Source: Deferribacterales bacterium (GTDB lineage Bacteria; Chrysiogenota; Deferribacteres; Deferribacterales; Geovibrionaceae). From it: 64,000 nt of DNA. Shown here piece after piece: positions 50,001 to 59,466 of this stretch (position 1 is the first letter of the stretch; every line of letters begins with the position of its first letter). The stretch lies in assembly GCA_050251875.1 (NCBI GenBank), contig JBFWMA010000003.1, forward strand, positions 315,006 to 379,005, read 5' to 3'. The notes under the pieces were generated by a model, which searched no databases, was not told the origin of the DNA, and worked only from the letters and a program-made list of their open reading frames with translations. The translations under genes and the position numbers were made by a program.

Positions 50001-50623
50001 GTCGCCACGAGGGGTATTCCGGTCTCTCTGGACATTTTGATAAGCTGGCGGTTCACCATCAGCTGTTCTTCTATGCCGTTCTCCTGAATCTCCAGAAAGA
50101 AGTCGTCCTTGCCCAGAATATCTCTGTATTCCATGGCGGATTTCAGCGCCTCGTCATATTGGTCCCGCATCAGCTTTCTGGGGATTTCTCCCGCCAGACA
50201 TGCGGACAGACCGATTATCCCTTCGGAGTATTTCGCCAGAATCTCTTTGTCTATTCTGGGTTTATAGTGAAATCCCTCAAACTGCGCCAGAGAAACCAGC
50301 TTTTGCAGGTTGCTCAGCCCTTTGTTGTTCTTCGCCTGAAGAACCAGGTGATAGTTCCTGTCCTGTCCCTTTTCGTATGATGTGTTGAAGCGGGTGTCGG
50401 GCGCCACATATACCTCGCAGCCGAGGATAGGCTTAATGTCGTTCGCCAGAGCCTGTTTATAAAAATCCACGATGCCGTGCATGGTGCCGTGGTCGGATAT
50501 GCCGATTATGGGTGTGGTGCCGTTCTCTTTTATCTTTTTCATCAGATCGCCCACTATGATAGCGCCGTCAAGAAGTGAATACTGGGTGTGCAGGTGCAGG
50601 TGGACGAATTCTTTTTTGGACAT
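47081..50623 (-). CDS. dnaE: DNA polymerase III alpha subunit
   Basis: FVHLHLHTQYSLLDG, GPGRGSGAGS, MPDFDIDF, GLVKFDFLGL and YGFNKSHSAAY. Confidence 0.97.
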   Translation of the reverse strand: MSKKEFVHLHLHTQYSLLDGAIIVGDLMKKIKENGTTPIIGISDHGTMHGIVDFYKQALANDIKPILGCEVYVAPDTRFNTSYEKGQDRNYHLVLQAKNNKGLSNLQKLVSLAQFEGFHYKPRIDKEILAKYSEGIIGLSACLAGEIPRKLMRDQYDEALKSAMEYRDILGKDDFFLEIQENGIEEQLMVNRQLIKMSRETGIPLVATNDCHYLNKGDHLSHQVLICIQTQQTINSDNKFEIHSNQLWVKSPDEMWDAFGEVPEALTNTLAIAERCNTSIEFGHLHLPEYEVPEGYTIDSYLTHLARKGLVKKLAKIPAELHEQYHKRLQTELDVIIDKHFDGYFLIVWDFINHAHTIGVPVGPGRGSGAGSLVAYSLGITDIDPIRFKLLFERFLNPERASMPDFDIDFCVKGREEVIKYVRQKYGDDRVSQIITFGKLLGRSTIRDVGRVLEVPLPVVDKLAKALPSDPGMTLRKALEKDPTLQDNFKDVPQGEQILNHAIKLEGLVRNTGMHAAGVIISDKPLNEYVPLCKGQNGEIITQFEKDTMEAVGLVKFDFLGLNNLTIIDEALRQIKQNTGKEVDISKIPLDDPKVYELLTHGDTTGVFQLESSGMKNLLKKLKPEEFEDIIALVALYRPGPMESGMLDSYVKRKWGEEEIDYIFPDLEEILKETRGVVIYQEQVMQIAQIIGGYSLGSADNLRRAMGKKKASEMEKQKEFFLRGDGKNIPGAKKLGYDMAMAEDLFDKLAKFAGYGFNKSHSAAYAMVSYQTAWLKANYPVEYMAAILSCEIDKGEKIVTFTEECKSMGIEVHAPDINKSGASFVIDGKTIRFGLGAIKNVGMNAIELALKVREEGGEFKSIYDFCARVDLRLCNKKVLESLIKAGAFDSTGRNRRQLLQVLEPALEEGQRKQKMEAQGIISLESFLEETPEEGGEPEHYYPDVTEMPENELLKMEKEVLDFYISNHPLAIYNNILKTFASPLNDLKEPTSDGAFVVGGLIKNIKNIFTKKGDKMAFVTIEDMDGELDVVVFPKVYEDALKHLTADKIIIVAGNVNHKDEETVILADKIMDVPEAVAMLTERVIIKLSSVGMTHDIISKLKTIIGTHKGNVPVSFLLERPKTFAVYINAGDDFRIEPSFEFYKEIDDLIGKGRYEIQSKAYEHQERKKNGFRNGYGRKAE

Positions 50624-50718
50624 GAAAAAACCTCGGATAACTGATCGGGACATTCTATCAAATCGCCTCTGTTTTTGAAACAGGAAATAAGATAAAATAT
50701 AGACGGAGATACAATTTG

Positions 50719-52473
50719 ATGTTTAACCTTTTTTATGCCTATCAATCTTTTAGATATAAGACAGAGCTGTTTTTCTTTTCCTGTCTGCTGTCTGTATGGC
50801 TGTTTTATCCGTCTGTGACGGCGATGTATCTCTGCGCCTTTTTTCTGCCTGTTCTTTTCGGCGGAATCAGAAAGGGTGTTCCTGTGGGGCTGACGGCGGT
50901 TTTTCTGGCGTGGCTCATCTCTTCCCATGTGATGATAACCGAGGTGAAGAGGAGCGACGGCAAAAACTGGCTCTATTCCACCACATGGGGTTCTCTGGTG
51001 GCGCCGCCGAACTATCAGCCCGGGGATATGCTGACCGGGACTTTTAAAAAGCAGAAATACGCCTTCGTCAAAGAGGGCAGGTTCGCCAGAGGCTACTTCA
51101 TAGCCGAAGAGGTGGACAAGGTGCGCAGGATAGCTCCGGCGGCATATATTCTGAAAAAGCGGGAGGATATCGCCGACCGCCTGTATCTGATGTCCGGCGG
51201 GCGTATCTTTCTGTCACAGGCGCTGGCGCTGGGCGACAAACGATATCTGCCTCCGGACGTGCGGGATGCTTATACCGTGACGGGGCTGGGGCATCTGCTG
51301 GCTGTATCCGGTCTCCATGCCGGGCTTTATGCCGCCATCGTGTTCGCTCTGTTCTCGTTTCTGTCGGTGAAGATGCGGATGATTCCCGTCATGATTTCCA
51401 TGCTTCTTCTGATTCCTTTTACGGGGTTCAAGGTTACTGTTATGCGGGCGGGCATGCTGGTCTTCGCTGTTCTGGGGGCGAAATTCGCCGATCATCTCAC
51501 TGACGTCAGAAAACTTCTGCTGTTCATGGCTGGTTTTTTTATGCTGGTCTCTCCGTCCATAGCCGTGGACGTGTCGTTTATTCTTACTTTTTCCGCCGTG
51601 TACGGGCTGGTGCATCTGTCATATTCCAAAAGCGTGATGACGGGGGTTTATACCGGAATGGTGGCGAGCGCTTTCATCCTGCCGGCATCGTCTTATGTGT
51701 TCGGCACATTCAATGTGACGTCTGTGCTGTCCACTCTTGCGCTGATTCCCGTGGTGACGCTTCAGATTATCACCACCGTGCTGTTCGTTCTGTTTCCGTC
51801 CGTGTCTCTGGAACCATTGGCGGCGCTGGAGAGTGTGCATCTTTATATTGTCAATTTCACCGCCGAGCATACCGTGCATTTCTTTAAACTGTATAAGCCG
51901 GATGTGTGGGTGATCCTTTTCATGGTGATCTTTCTGCTCTACTGCGCTTATAAAAAGAGGGTGCTGGCGGCATGCGTTCTGCTGATGGTGCCTTATCTGC
52001 CTTCTCAGCACGCTGTGCCTGTGGAAAAAACCGAAAAAACATCTCTTCCGGCAAAAATGAGCGCTCACGGGGCATATTTTCCCAACATGGTGCGGTCAAA
52101 GGGCTTTTTGGTGATAGATGACAAGGTTCATGTGTTTTTTAAAGGCAATTACGGCGATTTTAAGTATAAATTCCTGCCGTTTCTGGCAAAATATGAGATA
52201 ATAAAGGCAGACACCGGAACGGTGTCGATATATGACGGCGAAAACAGGCTTCTGCATATCGACAATGTGTCCGAGGACTATGGCGGGGTCTGCGTCAATG
52301 AGGTTGAGAAATCCTGCAAAGCCGTATATCATACACGCTCCAACTCCTATGAGTGTGATGACGAGGGCAGGACGCATATCCTGTATAACAACAAGAAGCA
52401 GTGCAAAAACATGCATCTGCTGAAAATATCGGGAGATTTGTCCTTTGATGAAGATACTTATAAACGGCGCTGA
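50719..52473 (+). CDS. ComEC/Rec2 competence-domain membrane protein
   Basis: TGLGHLLAVSGLH, VMRAG and SFILTFSAV; no metallo-beta-lactamase HxHxDH motif. Confidence 0.85.
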   Translation: MFNLFYAYQSFRYKTELFFFSCLLSVWLFYPSVTAMYLCAFFLPVLFGGIRKGVPVGLTAVFLAWLISSHVMITEVKRSDGKNWLYSTTWGSLVAPPNYQPGDMLTGTFKKQKYAFVKEGRFARGYFIAEEVDKVRRIAPAAYILKKREDIADRLYLMSGGRIFLSQALALGDKRYLPPDVRDAYTVTGLGHLLAVSGLHAGLYAAIVFALFSFLSVKMRMIPVMISMLLLIPFTGFKVTVMRAGMLVFAVLGAKFADHLTDVRKLLLFMAGFFMLVSPSIAVDVSFILTFSAVYGLVHLSYSKSVMTGVYTGMVASAFILPASSYVFGTFNVTSVLSTLALIPVVTLQIITTVLFVLFPSVSLEPLAALESVHLYIVNFTAEHTVHFFKLYKPDVWVILFMVIFLLYCAYKKRVLAACVLLMVPYLPSQHAVPVEKTEKTSLPAKMSAHGAYFPNMVRSKGFLVIDDKVHVFFKGNYGDFKYKFLPFLAKYEIIKADTGTVSIYDGENRLLHIDNVSEDYGGVCVNEVEKSCKAVYHTRSNSYECDDEGRTHILYNNKKQCKNMHLLKISGDLSFDEDTYKRR

Positions 52474-53254
52474 GTACAGCATGAGAGGCGGAGCGACCAC
52501 GGGTGACGCCGCCGAAACGGTGAAGCCGGAAGCGGACGTGATAATCCTGAACGGGTTCATGACAGACAGATCGGCTCTGCTGAATGAAGGCGACACCGTG
52601 CATCTGATAAAAAAAGGTGAAGCGCCCACAGATGAGGAGATGCGCCGGCTGATGACATCACGCCATACTCCGCACATAGCCGAAAGGCTGAGAGAGTGCC
52701 GCATGGCGGTATGCGGTCTGGGCGGGCTGGGGTCCAACATCGCTCTGAATCTGGCGAGGATGGGTGTCGGGTCTCTTCTGCTGATCGATTTTGACGTGGT
52801 GGAGCCGTCTAACCTGAACCGTCAGCAGTATTTCACAGATCAGCTGGGCATGAAAAAGACAGAGGCGACACTGGTTAACCTGAAAAGGGTGAACCCCTAT
52901 CTGGAATATGACGTCAGAGATATGTATATCGACAGAAACAACATTCCCGGGCTTTTTGACGGGTGCGATGTTATCATAGAGGCTTTCGACAGGGCGGAAA
53001 ACAAGGCAATGCTGATTAGCTATGCTTCAAAAATATACGGAGACACGCACATCATCGGCGCTTCCGGTGTGGCGGGGCTGGGGTGTTTCACCGAGTTCCG
53101 TGTTATCAAGGCGGGCAGGAATGTGCATATAGTCGGAGATTTCACTTCCGAGGCGCAGCCGGGCAGGGGGCTTATGGCTACCCGTGTGGCTGTGGCGGCG
53201 GGGATACAGTCCAATCTGGCGGTGAGGCTGGTTCTGGGCAGTCTGGCGGATTAA
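52448..53254 (+). CDS. thiF: ThiS adenylyltransferase ThiF with an N-terminal ubiquitin-like segment
   Basis: GLGGLGS and DFDVVEPSNLNRQ; immediately upstream of thiS. Confidence 0.9.
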   Translation: MKILINGAEYSMRGGATTGDAAETVKPEADVIILNGFMTDRSALLNEGDTVHLIKKGEAPTDEEMRRLMTSRHTPHIAERLRECRMAVCGLGGLGSNIALNLARMGVGSLLLIDFDVVEPSNLNRQQYFTDQLGMKKTEATLVNLKRVNPYLEYDVRDMYIDRNNIPGLFDGCDVIIEAFDRAENKAMLISYASKIYGDTHIIGASGVAGLGCFTEFRVIKAGRNVHIVGDFTSEAQPGRGLMATRVAVAAGIQSNLAVRLVLGSLAD

Positions 53255-53264
53255 AGGAGAGACG

Positions 53265-53465
53265 ATGAACATAATATTAAGCGGCGAAACAGTAGAGCTG
53301 GAGCGGGCGCTCACCATCAGCGAGCTGATAGCGAAATATGACATGAAGAAAGAGACAGTGGTGGTGGAGCTGAACGGTGAACTGCCGGATAAAGATCAGT
53401 ATGACAACATAACCACGAAAGAAGGGGACAAGATAGAGCTGATAAGGTTTGTGGGTGGAGGCTAG
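53265..53465 (+). CDS. thiS: sulfur carrier protein ThiS
   Basis: 66 aa ending in IELIRFVGGG. Confidence 0.93.
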   Translation: MNIILSGETVELERALTISELIAKYDMKKETVVVELNGELPDKDQYDNITTKEGDKIELIRFVGGG

Positions 53466-53875
53466 GCTTTTTTGCCCAGCTTTTCGGCGCATTTGCGCAG
53501 ACAGTTGGTGAGATCTTCTTTGATTACTGGCTTTTTAAGATATTCTATAATTCCCAGTTCCTGGGCTTTTTCGATGAAAGGTTTTTCGTTGAACGCTGTG
53601 GTGATAACGATGATAGCTTCCGGGTTGGCAGACAGAATGTGCCTGGACATCTCTATTCCGTCCATCACCGGCATCTGAATATCTGTGATGACGATATCGG
53701 GTTTATGCTTTTTATAAAGCTCCAGCCCCTCTGCCCCGTCTTTTGCCGTGAAGATATTGTCGAATCTGCGTTTAAGAAAACGCATCAGACTCTCCCTGAC
53801 GCTTGTGTCATCCTCCACATGCAGAACAGACAGGTGTTTCAGAATTTCGATATCTCTGGAATATTCTTCGTTCAT
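53462..53875 (-). CDS. single-domain response regulator
   Basis: VLHVEDD, ITDIQMP, TTA and KKP; start set at 53875. Confidence 0.9.
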   Translation of the reverse strand: MNEEYSRDIEILKHLSVLHVEDDTSVRESLMRFLKRRFDNIFTAKDGAEGLELYKKHKPDIVITDIQMPVMDGIEMSRHILSANPEAIIVITTAFNEKPFIEKAQELGIIEYLKKPVIKEDLTNCLRKCAEKLGKKA

Positions 53876-54029
53876 ATACTCCCTTGCTTTAAAATAGTTT
53901 ATACTCATAACGTTCAACTGGCAATATAATTTCGATTGTCGCAGGTCAATTTTAGTTAAAAACATATGGAAATAATATTCAATTGTTTATATATTTCAAA
54001 CTTGACGTAAGTTTTTGGAGGTATGAATA

Positions 54030-54905
54030 ATGAGTAGCTGCAGTTCAGACAATTCATGTAGTTCCTGCTCATCTGCTTCCGCCTGTAGCGCTGATGAAAA
54101 AAAACAGCACGAAAGAAAAAAGGTGGAAGACAGACTGTCTAAGATAAAATATAAGATCATGGTAATGAGCGGTAAGGGCGGCGTGGGAAAATCCACAGTA
54201 GCCGTCAGCCTTGCTGCCTCTCTCCACGCTCTGGGGTACAAGGTAGGCATACTGGACGCCGACATCCACGGTCCCAACGTTCCCAAGATGTTCGGTCTGT
54301 CAGCCAGCGGTGTTCATTCCGGACCCAACGGGCTGATTCCTTTCGAAACAGAGGATGGTCTTAAGGTTATGTCTGTCGCTTTTCTGCTGAAAAACGAAGA
54401 TGACGCCATCATCTGGCGAGCTCCCGTGAAACACGGCATGATAGAGCAGTTTGTAGCGGACGTGGACTGGGGCGATCTGGATTTTATCGTGATCGACCTG
54501 CCCCCCGGCACAGGCGATGAGCCCCTCAGCGTTGCGCATATCATCGGCAGCGTGGACGGAGCGGTTATCGTTACCACTCCTCAGGAAGTGGCTCTGCTTG
54601 ACTCCAGAAAATCTGTGACATTCGCCCGCAAGCTCAACCTGCCCATCATGGGTATAGTGGAGAACATGAGCGGACTGGTATGTCCCCACTGCGGAGAGAC
54701 AGTAGACCTGTTCAAATCCGGAGGCGGTGAGAACGCCGCAAAAGATATGGGCGTTAACTTCCTCGGCAGAGTGCCGATCGACCCTATGGTCGTTGTTCAG
54801 GGCGACAGCGGAAAACCTTATGTTCTGGAAGTGAAAGACACTCCCACTGCTAAGGCTTTCATCGAGATCGCCAAAAGTGTGGCAAAACAAACCATAGCGA
54901 AATAA
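54030..54905 (+). CDS. mrp: Mrp/NBP35 (ApbC) Fe-S carrier ATPase
   Basis: [26 protein letters not shown] and ENMS...CPHC; Cys-rich N-terminus. Confidence 0.93.
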   Translation: MSSCSSDNSCSSCSSASACSADEKKQHERKKVEDRLSKIKYKIMVMSGKGGVGKSTVAVSLAASLHALGYKVGILDADIHGPNVPKMFGLSASGVHSGPNGLIPFETEDGLKVMSVAFLLKNEDDAIIWRAPVKHGMIEQFVADVDWGDLDFIVIDLPPGTGDEPLSVAHIIGSVDGAVIVTTPQEVALLDSRKSVTFARKLNLPIMGIVENMSGLVCPHCGETVDLFKSGGGENAAKDMGVNFLGRVPIDPMVVVQGDSGKPYVLEVKDTPTAKAFIEIAKSVAKQTIAK

Positions 54906-54921
54906 GCTGTAGTGGAATAGA

Positions 54922-54951
54922 GTAAAGGCGGGTGTAAAAACCCGCCTTTTT
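54922..54951 (+). terminator. intrinsic terminator (possibly bidirectional)
   Basis: AAAGGCGGGT-gtaaaa-ACCCGCCTTTTT after mrp. Confidence 0.75.
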
Positions 54952-54966
54952 ATTTTGAGGTGCGAT

Positions 54967-55377
54967 ATGATACAGGCGGTTATATGGCTTGGTTCGCTTA
55001 TGATGCTTTTCATCGCCGGGCTTCATTTCTATTGGGCTATGGGCGGGGAAAAACTGTCGGAAAACGTTCTGCCAGAGCGTCCTGACGGCGGAAAGCTGTT
55101 CAGACCTTCCGCTGTGGGGACATTTTCCGTGGGGCTTGTGCTTCTGACGGTGGCTGTTTCAGTATCGGCTCCTATTTTCATGAAAGGTCTGGAGGTTTTC
55201 TGGATCAGGCTAGCGGCGGCTGTCATCTTTTTCATCCGCTTCGTGGGTGATTTCCGCTATGTGGGGCTGTTTAAAAAGATGAAAAGCTCCGGATTCGCCC
55301 GTTACGATACTCTCGTCTATTCTCCGCTGAGTCTTTTCTTCGCCGTTGTCTGCTTTCTTTCGGTAATGTATTTCTGA
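54967..55377 (+). CDS. small membrane protein (DUF3995-like)
   Basis: LHFYWAMGG, RFVGDFRYVGLFK and DTLVYSPL. Confidence 0.7.
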   Translation: MIQAVIWLGSLMMLFIAGLHFYWAMGGEKLSENVLPERPDGGKLFRPSAVGTFSVGLVLLTVAVSVSAPIFMKGLEVFWIRLAAAVIFFIRFVGDFRYVGLFKKMKSSGFARYDTLVYSPLSLFFAVVCFLSVMYF

Positions 55378-55423
55378 TTGCCGTTTTCATTTCAAAATTA
55401 TATTCTGACTTCACAGGTGGATT

Positions 55424-57256
55424 ATGGGATATAAAACTCTTAAACAATGCTTGGACGATCTGGAAAAACACGGACAATTAAGAATAATTGACGCAGAGAT
55501 AGACCCGGAGCTTGAGCTGGGCGAGATACAGCGCAGGGTTTATGAGGCGCAGGGACCCGCTATGCTCTTCACCAATGTGAAAGGGACGAAATTTCCCGTT
55601 GCCGGAAATATTTTCGGCACTATGGACAGGACAAAATTCATATTCAGAGACACGCTGAAGACCATCGAAACGATGGTGAAGGCGAAGACCGATATACCAT
55701 ATCTAATCAAACATCCCTCAGAGATCTTCAGACTGCCGAAAGCGGCGCTGAATATCATGCCGAAGACAGCGCATGACGCTCCCGTTATGAAAAACAGATG
55801 CCGGCTTTCTGATCTGCCTCAGATAAAGGGGTGGCCAAAAGACGGCGGCGCTTTTGTCTATCTGCCTCTGGTCTACACAGAGAGCCCCGAAAAGGGCGGG
55901 TATAAGAACAGCAATCTGGGGATGTACCGTGTGCAGATATCCGGCAACGAATACGCACCCGATGAGTGCGGACTGCACTATCAGATACACAGAGGAATCG
56001 GAATACACCACACACAGGCGGTGGAAAAGGGTGAAAAGCTGAAGGTGAACATCTTCATAGGCGGGGCTCCGGCAATGACTATTGCGGCTGTTATGCCTCT
56101 GCCGGAGGGGATGCCGGAGGTATCTTTCGCAGGCGCTCTGGGCGGACACCGTATGCCTTTTTACAGACGTGACGATATGCCCGCCATATATTCTCAGGCG
56201 GATTTCGTCATCAGCGGATATATAGACGGGGTGAAGCCGGAAGGACCCTTCGGCGACCATGTGGGCTATTACAGTCTTCAGCATGATTTTCCCGTTCTGA
56301 AAGTCACGGATGTTTTTCACAGGGACGGAGCGATATATCCGTTCACCATGGTGGGCAGACCTCCTCAGGAGGACACCAGCTTCGGCAATTTCATTCATGA
56401 ACTCACCGGAGAGCTGATACCGGATGTTCTGAAGGGTGTCAGGGCGGTTCACGCCGTGGACGCAGCCGGAGTGCATCCTCTGCTTTTTGCCATAGGCAGC
56501 GAGCGCTATACGCCCTACAGCGGGCACAGCGAACCCAAAGAGATTCTGACTCAGGCGAACGCTATTCTGGGGCAGGGTCAGCTTTCGCTGGCGAAATATC
56601 TTTTTATAGTGAACGAGTCGGACGACCCATGCATAGACATACATAACCCGGAGAAATTTTTCAAACATGTGCTGGAACGTGTGGATTTCCGCCGTGACCT
56701 GCATTTTCATACATCAGTCACCATAGACACGCTGGACTATACCGGACACGGGCTGAACAGAGGCTCTAAGCTGGTGACAGCGGTGTGCGGGGACAAAAAG
56801 CGTGAGCTAGGAAATAAACTGCCGGAGAATTTGTCTCTGCCTGATGGATTTTCAGATCCAAAAGTGGTGATGGACGGTGTTCTGGCGGTGAAAGCGCCGA
56901 AGCACACAGCAAAACGTGGCGAATATGATGAGGAGCTTCTCAGGTTCTGTCTGCACTATGAGATAGATAACCCGATAAACAGATTTCCTCTGATCGTGCT
57001 TGCGGATGATTCTGAATTTACCTCGGCGAATATCGCTAATTTTCTGTGGGTCACCTTCACACGGTCTAACCCGGCGAACGATGTTTACGGCATAGACGCT
57101 CATAACCATGTAAAACATTTCGGATGCAATGGTTCTATGGTGATAGATGCCAGGGTGAAGGCTTATCATCCGGAGGCGATGGAGATGGACGAAGCCGTGA
57201 TTAAGAGGGTGGAATCGATGGCGGCGAAGGGCGGTCCGCTGGAAGGACTTTTCTGA
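55424..57256 (+). CDS. long-form UbiD family (prFMN-dependent) decarboxylase
   Basis: WPKDGG, NLGMYRVQ, LHYQIHRG, PEGPFGDH, GRPPQED and DTLD. Confidence 0.9.
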   Translation: MGYKTLKQCLDDLEKHGQLRIIDAEIDPELELGEIQRRVYEAQGPAMLFTNVKGTKFPVAGNIFGTMDRTKFIFRDTLKTIETMVKAKTDIPYLIKHPSEIFRLPKAALNIMPKTAHDAPVMKNRCRLSDLPQIKGWPKDGGAFVYLPLVYTESPEKGGYKNSNLGMYRVQISGNEYAPDECGLHYQIHRGIGIHHTQAVEKGEKLKVNIFIGGAPAMTIAAVMPLPEGMPEVSFAGALGGHRMPFYRRDDMPAIYSQADFVISGYIDGVKPEGPFGDHVGYYSLQHDFPVLKVTDVFHRDGAIYPFTMVGRPPQEDTSFGNFIHELTGELIPDVLKGVRAVHAVDAAGVHPLLFAIGSERYTPYSGHSEPKEILTQANAILGQGQLSLAKYLFIVNESDDPCIDIHNPEKFFKHVLERVDFRRDLHFHTSVTIDTLDYTGHGLNRGSKLVTAVCGDKKRELGNKLPENLSLPDGFSDPKVVMDGVLAVKAPKHTAKRGEYDEELLRFCLHYEIDNPINRFPLIVLADDSEFTSANIANFLWVTFTRSNPANDVYGIDAHNHVKHFGCNGSMVIDARVKAYHPEAMEMDEAVIKRVESMAAKGGPLEGLF

Positions 57257-57271
57257 TACACTATAAAGTAT

Positions 57272-57344
57272 GAGACTGCCACGTCAGCCTGAAGCCTTCC
57301 TCGCAGTGACGTCATTGCGAGGAGCAACGCGACGCGGCAATCTC
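57272..57344. repeat. back-to-back pair of CGTC-tagged REP-like palindromes (copies D and E)
   Basis: D (57272-57311, reverse complement CGTCACTGCGAG-GAAGGCTTCAGGCTGA-CGTGGCAGTCTC) and E (57310-57344, CGTCATTGCGAG-GAGCAACGCGA-CGCGGCAATCTC), between convergent genes. Confidence 0.8.
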
Positions 57345-57351
57345 ACGAAAT

Positions 57352-58158
57352 CTATTGTCCGCCGAACATTTTCATCATTTTTTTCATCTCGGCTTCAGAA
57401 GGCATCTGCTGTCCTCCGTTCTGAGATTTGGGAGCGCTGAATCCCGCTGTGGGTGTTTCACCGCTCACCAGCATGGCAACGCTCATTTTTGCGTTGTCTC
57501 TGATTATCTGATCGGTTTCTTTGTTGTAGGTGACTTTATATTTTGACGGCACTTTGAATTTATCAGATGATACGGAGCCCTTGTTGATCTTTGTGGCTGT
57601 TGTCTCGGATTTGACACCCATCAGATTGGCTGTGGTTTTCAGCTCCAGCCCTGATCCGGAGGCGACATATGATGTCACGCCCATCATCTCGGCTTTGTCG
57701 CATTTGAACCCCAGAATAGTGGCGGCGTTTTTTGTCACTTTACCGTTCATGTCTTTCATGGCGGCGAGACCCATTTTCTCGGCGTTTGCCATGGCTTTTT
57801 TCTTGTCGGATGATGAGAGCTTGTTGAACTCTTCTATCATACATTTCACGGGGTTTATGGTTTTTACCGCTGTGCCTTCCTCGATGTCAATGCTGTAGAC
57901 CCAGTCGGGGTCGGCTATTGTTATGGTGTTTCTGCTGTGGGTTGTGCCCATTACTTTCATGGCGGTTTTTTCGTATATCGCTGTGTATCTGCCGTAGTCT
58001 CTGATATACAGCTCTTTTGTTCCTTTTTCTGTTCCTGATATGCTGTAGAATACTGAGCCCTCTTTTATGGGCATGTTCTGATCCCACGGGTTCTTTTTGG
58101 CGTGGGCAGATACAGCCAGAGCCAGCATCATGACAGCTAATAAGACTAACCTCTTCAT
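57352..58158 (-). CDS. secreted hypothetical protein (weakly DUF4412-like)
   Basis: Signal peptide ending SAHA; ILGFKC and FKVP motifs; GGAGG RBS. Confidence 0.7.
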   Translation of the reverse strand: MKRLVLLAVMMLALAVSAHAKKNPWDQNMPIKEGSVFYSISGTEKGTKELYIRDYGRYTAIYEKTAMKVMGTTHSRNTITIADPDWVYSIDIEEGTAVKTINPVKCMIEEFNKLSSSDKKKAMANAEKMGLAAMKDMNGKVTKNAATILGFKCDKAEMMGVTSYVASGSGLELKTTANLMGVKSETTATKINKGSVSSDKFKVPSKYKVTYNKETDQIIRDNAKMSVAMLVSGETPTAGFSAPKSQNGGQQMPSEAEMKKMMKMFGGQ

Positions 58159-58375
58159 GTTTCCTCCATATTAATTTCAATAATTAGCGTACAGAATTAT
58201 TTTAACCTGAAAAAATAGCGCACGAAAGTGTATTTTACCAATGTGCGGGATTAATCAAATTTGTCTATATGCAGGTTCGCTGTTTCTGCATTTTGAGAAC
58301 ATATTTTATACGCAATCTGTTGATTATTTTACTAATCAGATATATGTTGAAGTATTAAATTGCAAGGGGCTAACG

Positions 58376-59254
58376 ATGAAAAAAGGAATACTGTTTCTTT
58401 CTATTTTACTTATAGTTGCCGCATGCGGCGGTGGCGGTGGCGGAGATTCTGTGTCGTCTTCTATCTCTTATGACGGAAGAACAGACCCTGCTGCGCTTAC
58501 ATCAACTAATGCGCCAGCCGTGAATGATGAGACTGAAAAAGCCGGTGCGGTTGCATATGGTATTGACGAAAGCATAAGATCTGCTATTGGTGACAAAGGT
58601 ATTCTGGCTGTGGCATATGATGCTGCCAGAGACGATATCGCTATTATCGCCGGGAATGGTGATATATCAAGCAGGGCTTCAAGCTCTGTATCAAATACAA
58701 TTAGTGGTACATGCGGCGGCTATGCGAGCTACACAGGAACAGGCGATGCTGTTACAGGAGCTATGAATGTTGATATTACTTACTACAACTATTGTAAGAA
58801 TAATAATACAGTAAATGGCAGTGTCTCTTTTGACGGATATTTTAACTACTACACGCAAAGAATAATAAGCGGGACATATTTATTTTCTAATGTGACATAT
58901 ACTAACGTTTACTACAGTGAATCGATGAACGGCACTATCTCGTTTACTTCCAATTCTCTGACAATTAATTGCGATTATGTAGATGCAATCGGTACAAAAT
59001 ATAGGTCGCAAAACTTCACAATTTCAAATAGCGGTGGGTTGTATTCTTTTTCAGGACGTATGTATTATCAGGATTACGGATATGTAGACATAACTACAAC
59101 TACTGCTTTTACCATTGATTCTTATGGAAATATTATTTCAGGTGAGATGGTATTGACCGGATTAAGCTCTGCGGTGAAAGTTACTTATTTATCGAGTTCA
59201 AGGACGATCTATGTTGACGCCGACGGCAACGGAATTTACGAAACGGCACTTTAA
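58376..59254 (+). CDS. Ser/Thr/Gly-rich beta-strand lipoprotein of unknown function
   Basis: Lipobox VAAC followed by GGGGGG; C-terminal DADGNG; more AT-rich than the flanking core genes. Confidence 0.75.
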   Translation: MKKGILFLSILLIVAACGGGGGGDSVSSSISYDGRTDPAALTSTNAPAVNDETEKAGAVAYGIDESIRSAIGDKGILAVAYDAARDDIAIIAGNGDISSRASSSVSNTISGTCGGYASYTGTGDAVTGAMNVDITYYNYCKNNNTVNGSVSFDGYFNYYTQRIISGTYLFSNVTYTNVYYSESMNGTISFTSNSLTINCDYVDAIGTKYRSQNFTISNSGGLYSFSGRMYYQDYGYVDITTTTAFTIDSYGNIISGEMVLTGLSSAVKVTYLSSSRTIYVDADGNGIYETAL

Positions 59255-59259
59255 ATATA

Positions 59260-59283
59260 AAAGGGCGCTTTAAGCGCCCTTTA
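59260..59283. terminator. bidirectional terminator-like hairpin
   Basis: AAAGGGCGCTT-t-AAGCGCCCTTT. Confidence 0.75.
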
Positions 59284-59466
59284 TTTTTATGCGTTGGAAG
59301 GGAATCGCTTTTTCTGCGGATTCGTCCTGAATCCTTGTAAAAGCCAGCCAGCTCACTTTTCGCCGGCATCGTGCCGGCACATCCTCCCTATTCGGTCGGC
59401 GTTCGCTGTCGTTCGATTCCGCTGTAAATGAAAAAAGCACCCGTAAAGGATGCTTTTATTTATTAA

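Noticed and set aside
47081..50623. Intein or split in dnaE
   Set aside because: The length is typical, the motifs are continuous and there are no intein terminal signatures.
45870..57344. CRISPR array interpretation of the 35-40 bp palindromic repeats
   Set aside because: The copies are inverted, dispersed and variable inside, with no regular spacers and no cas genes.
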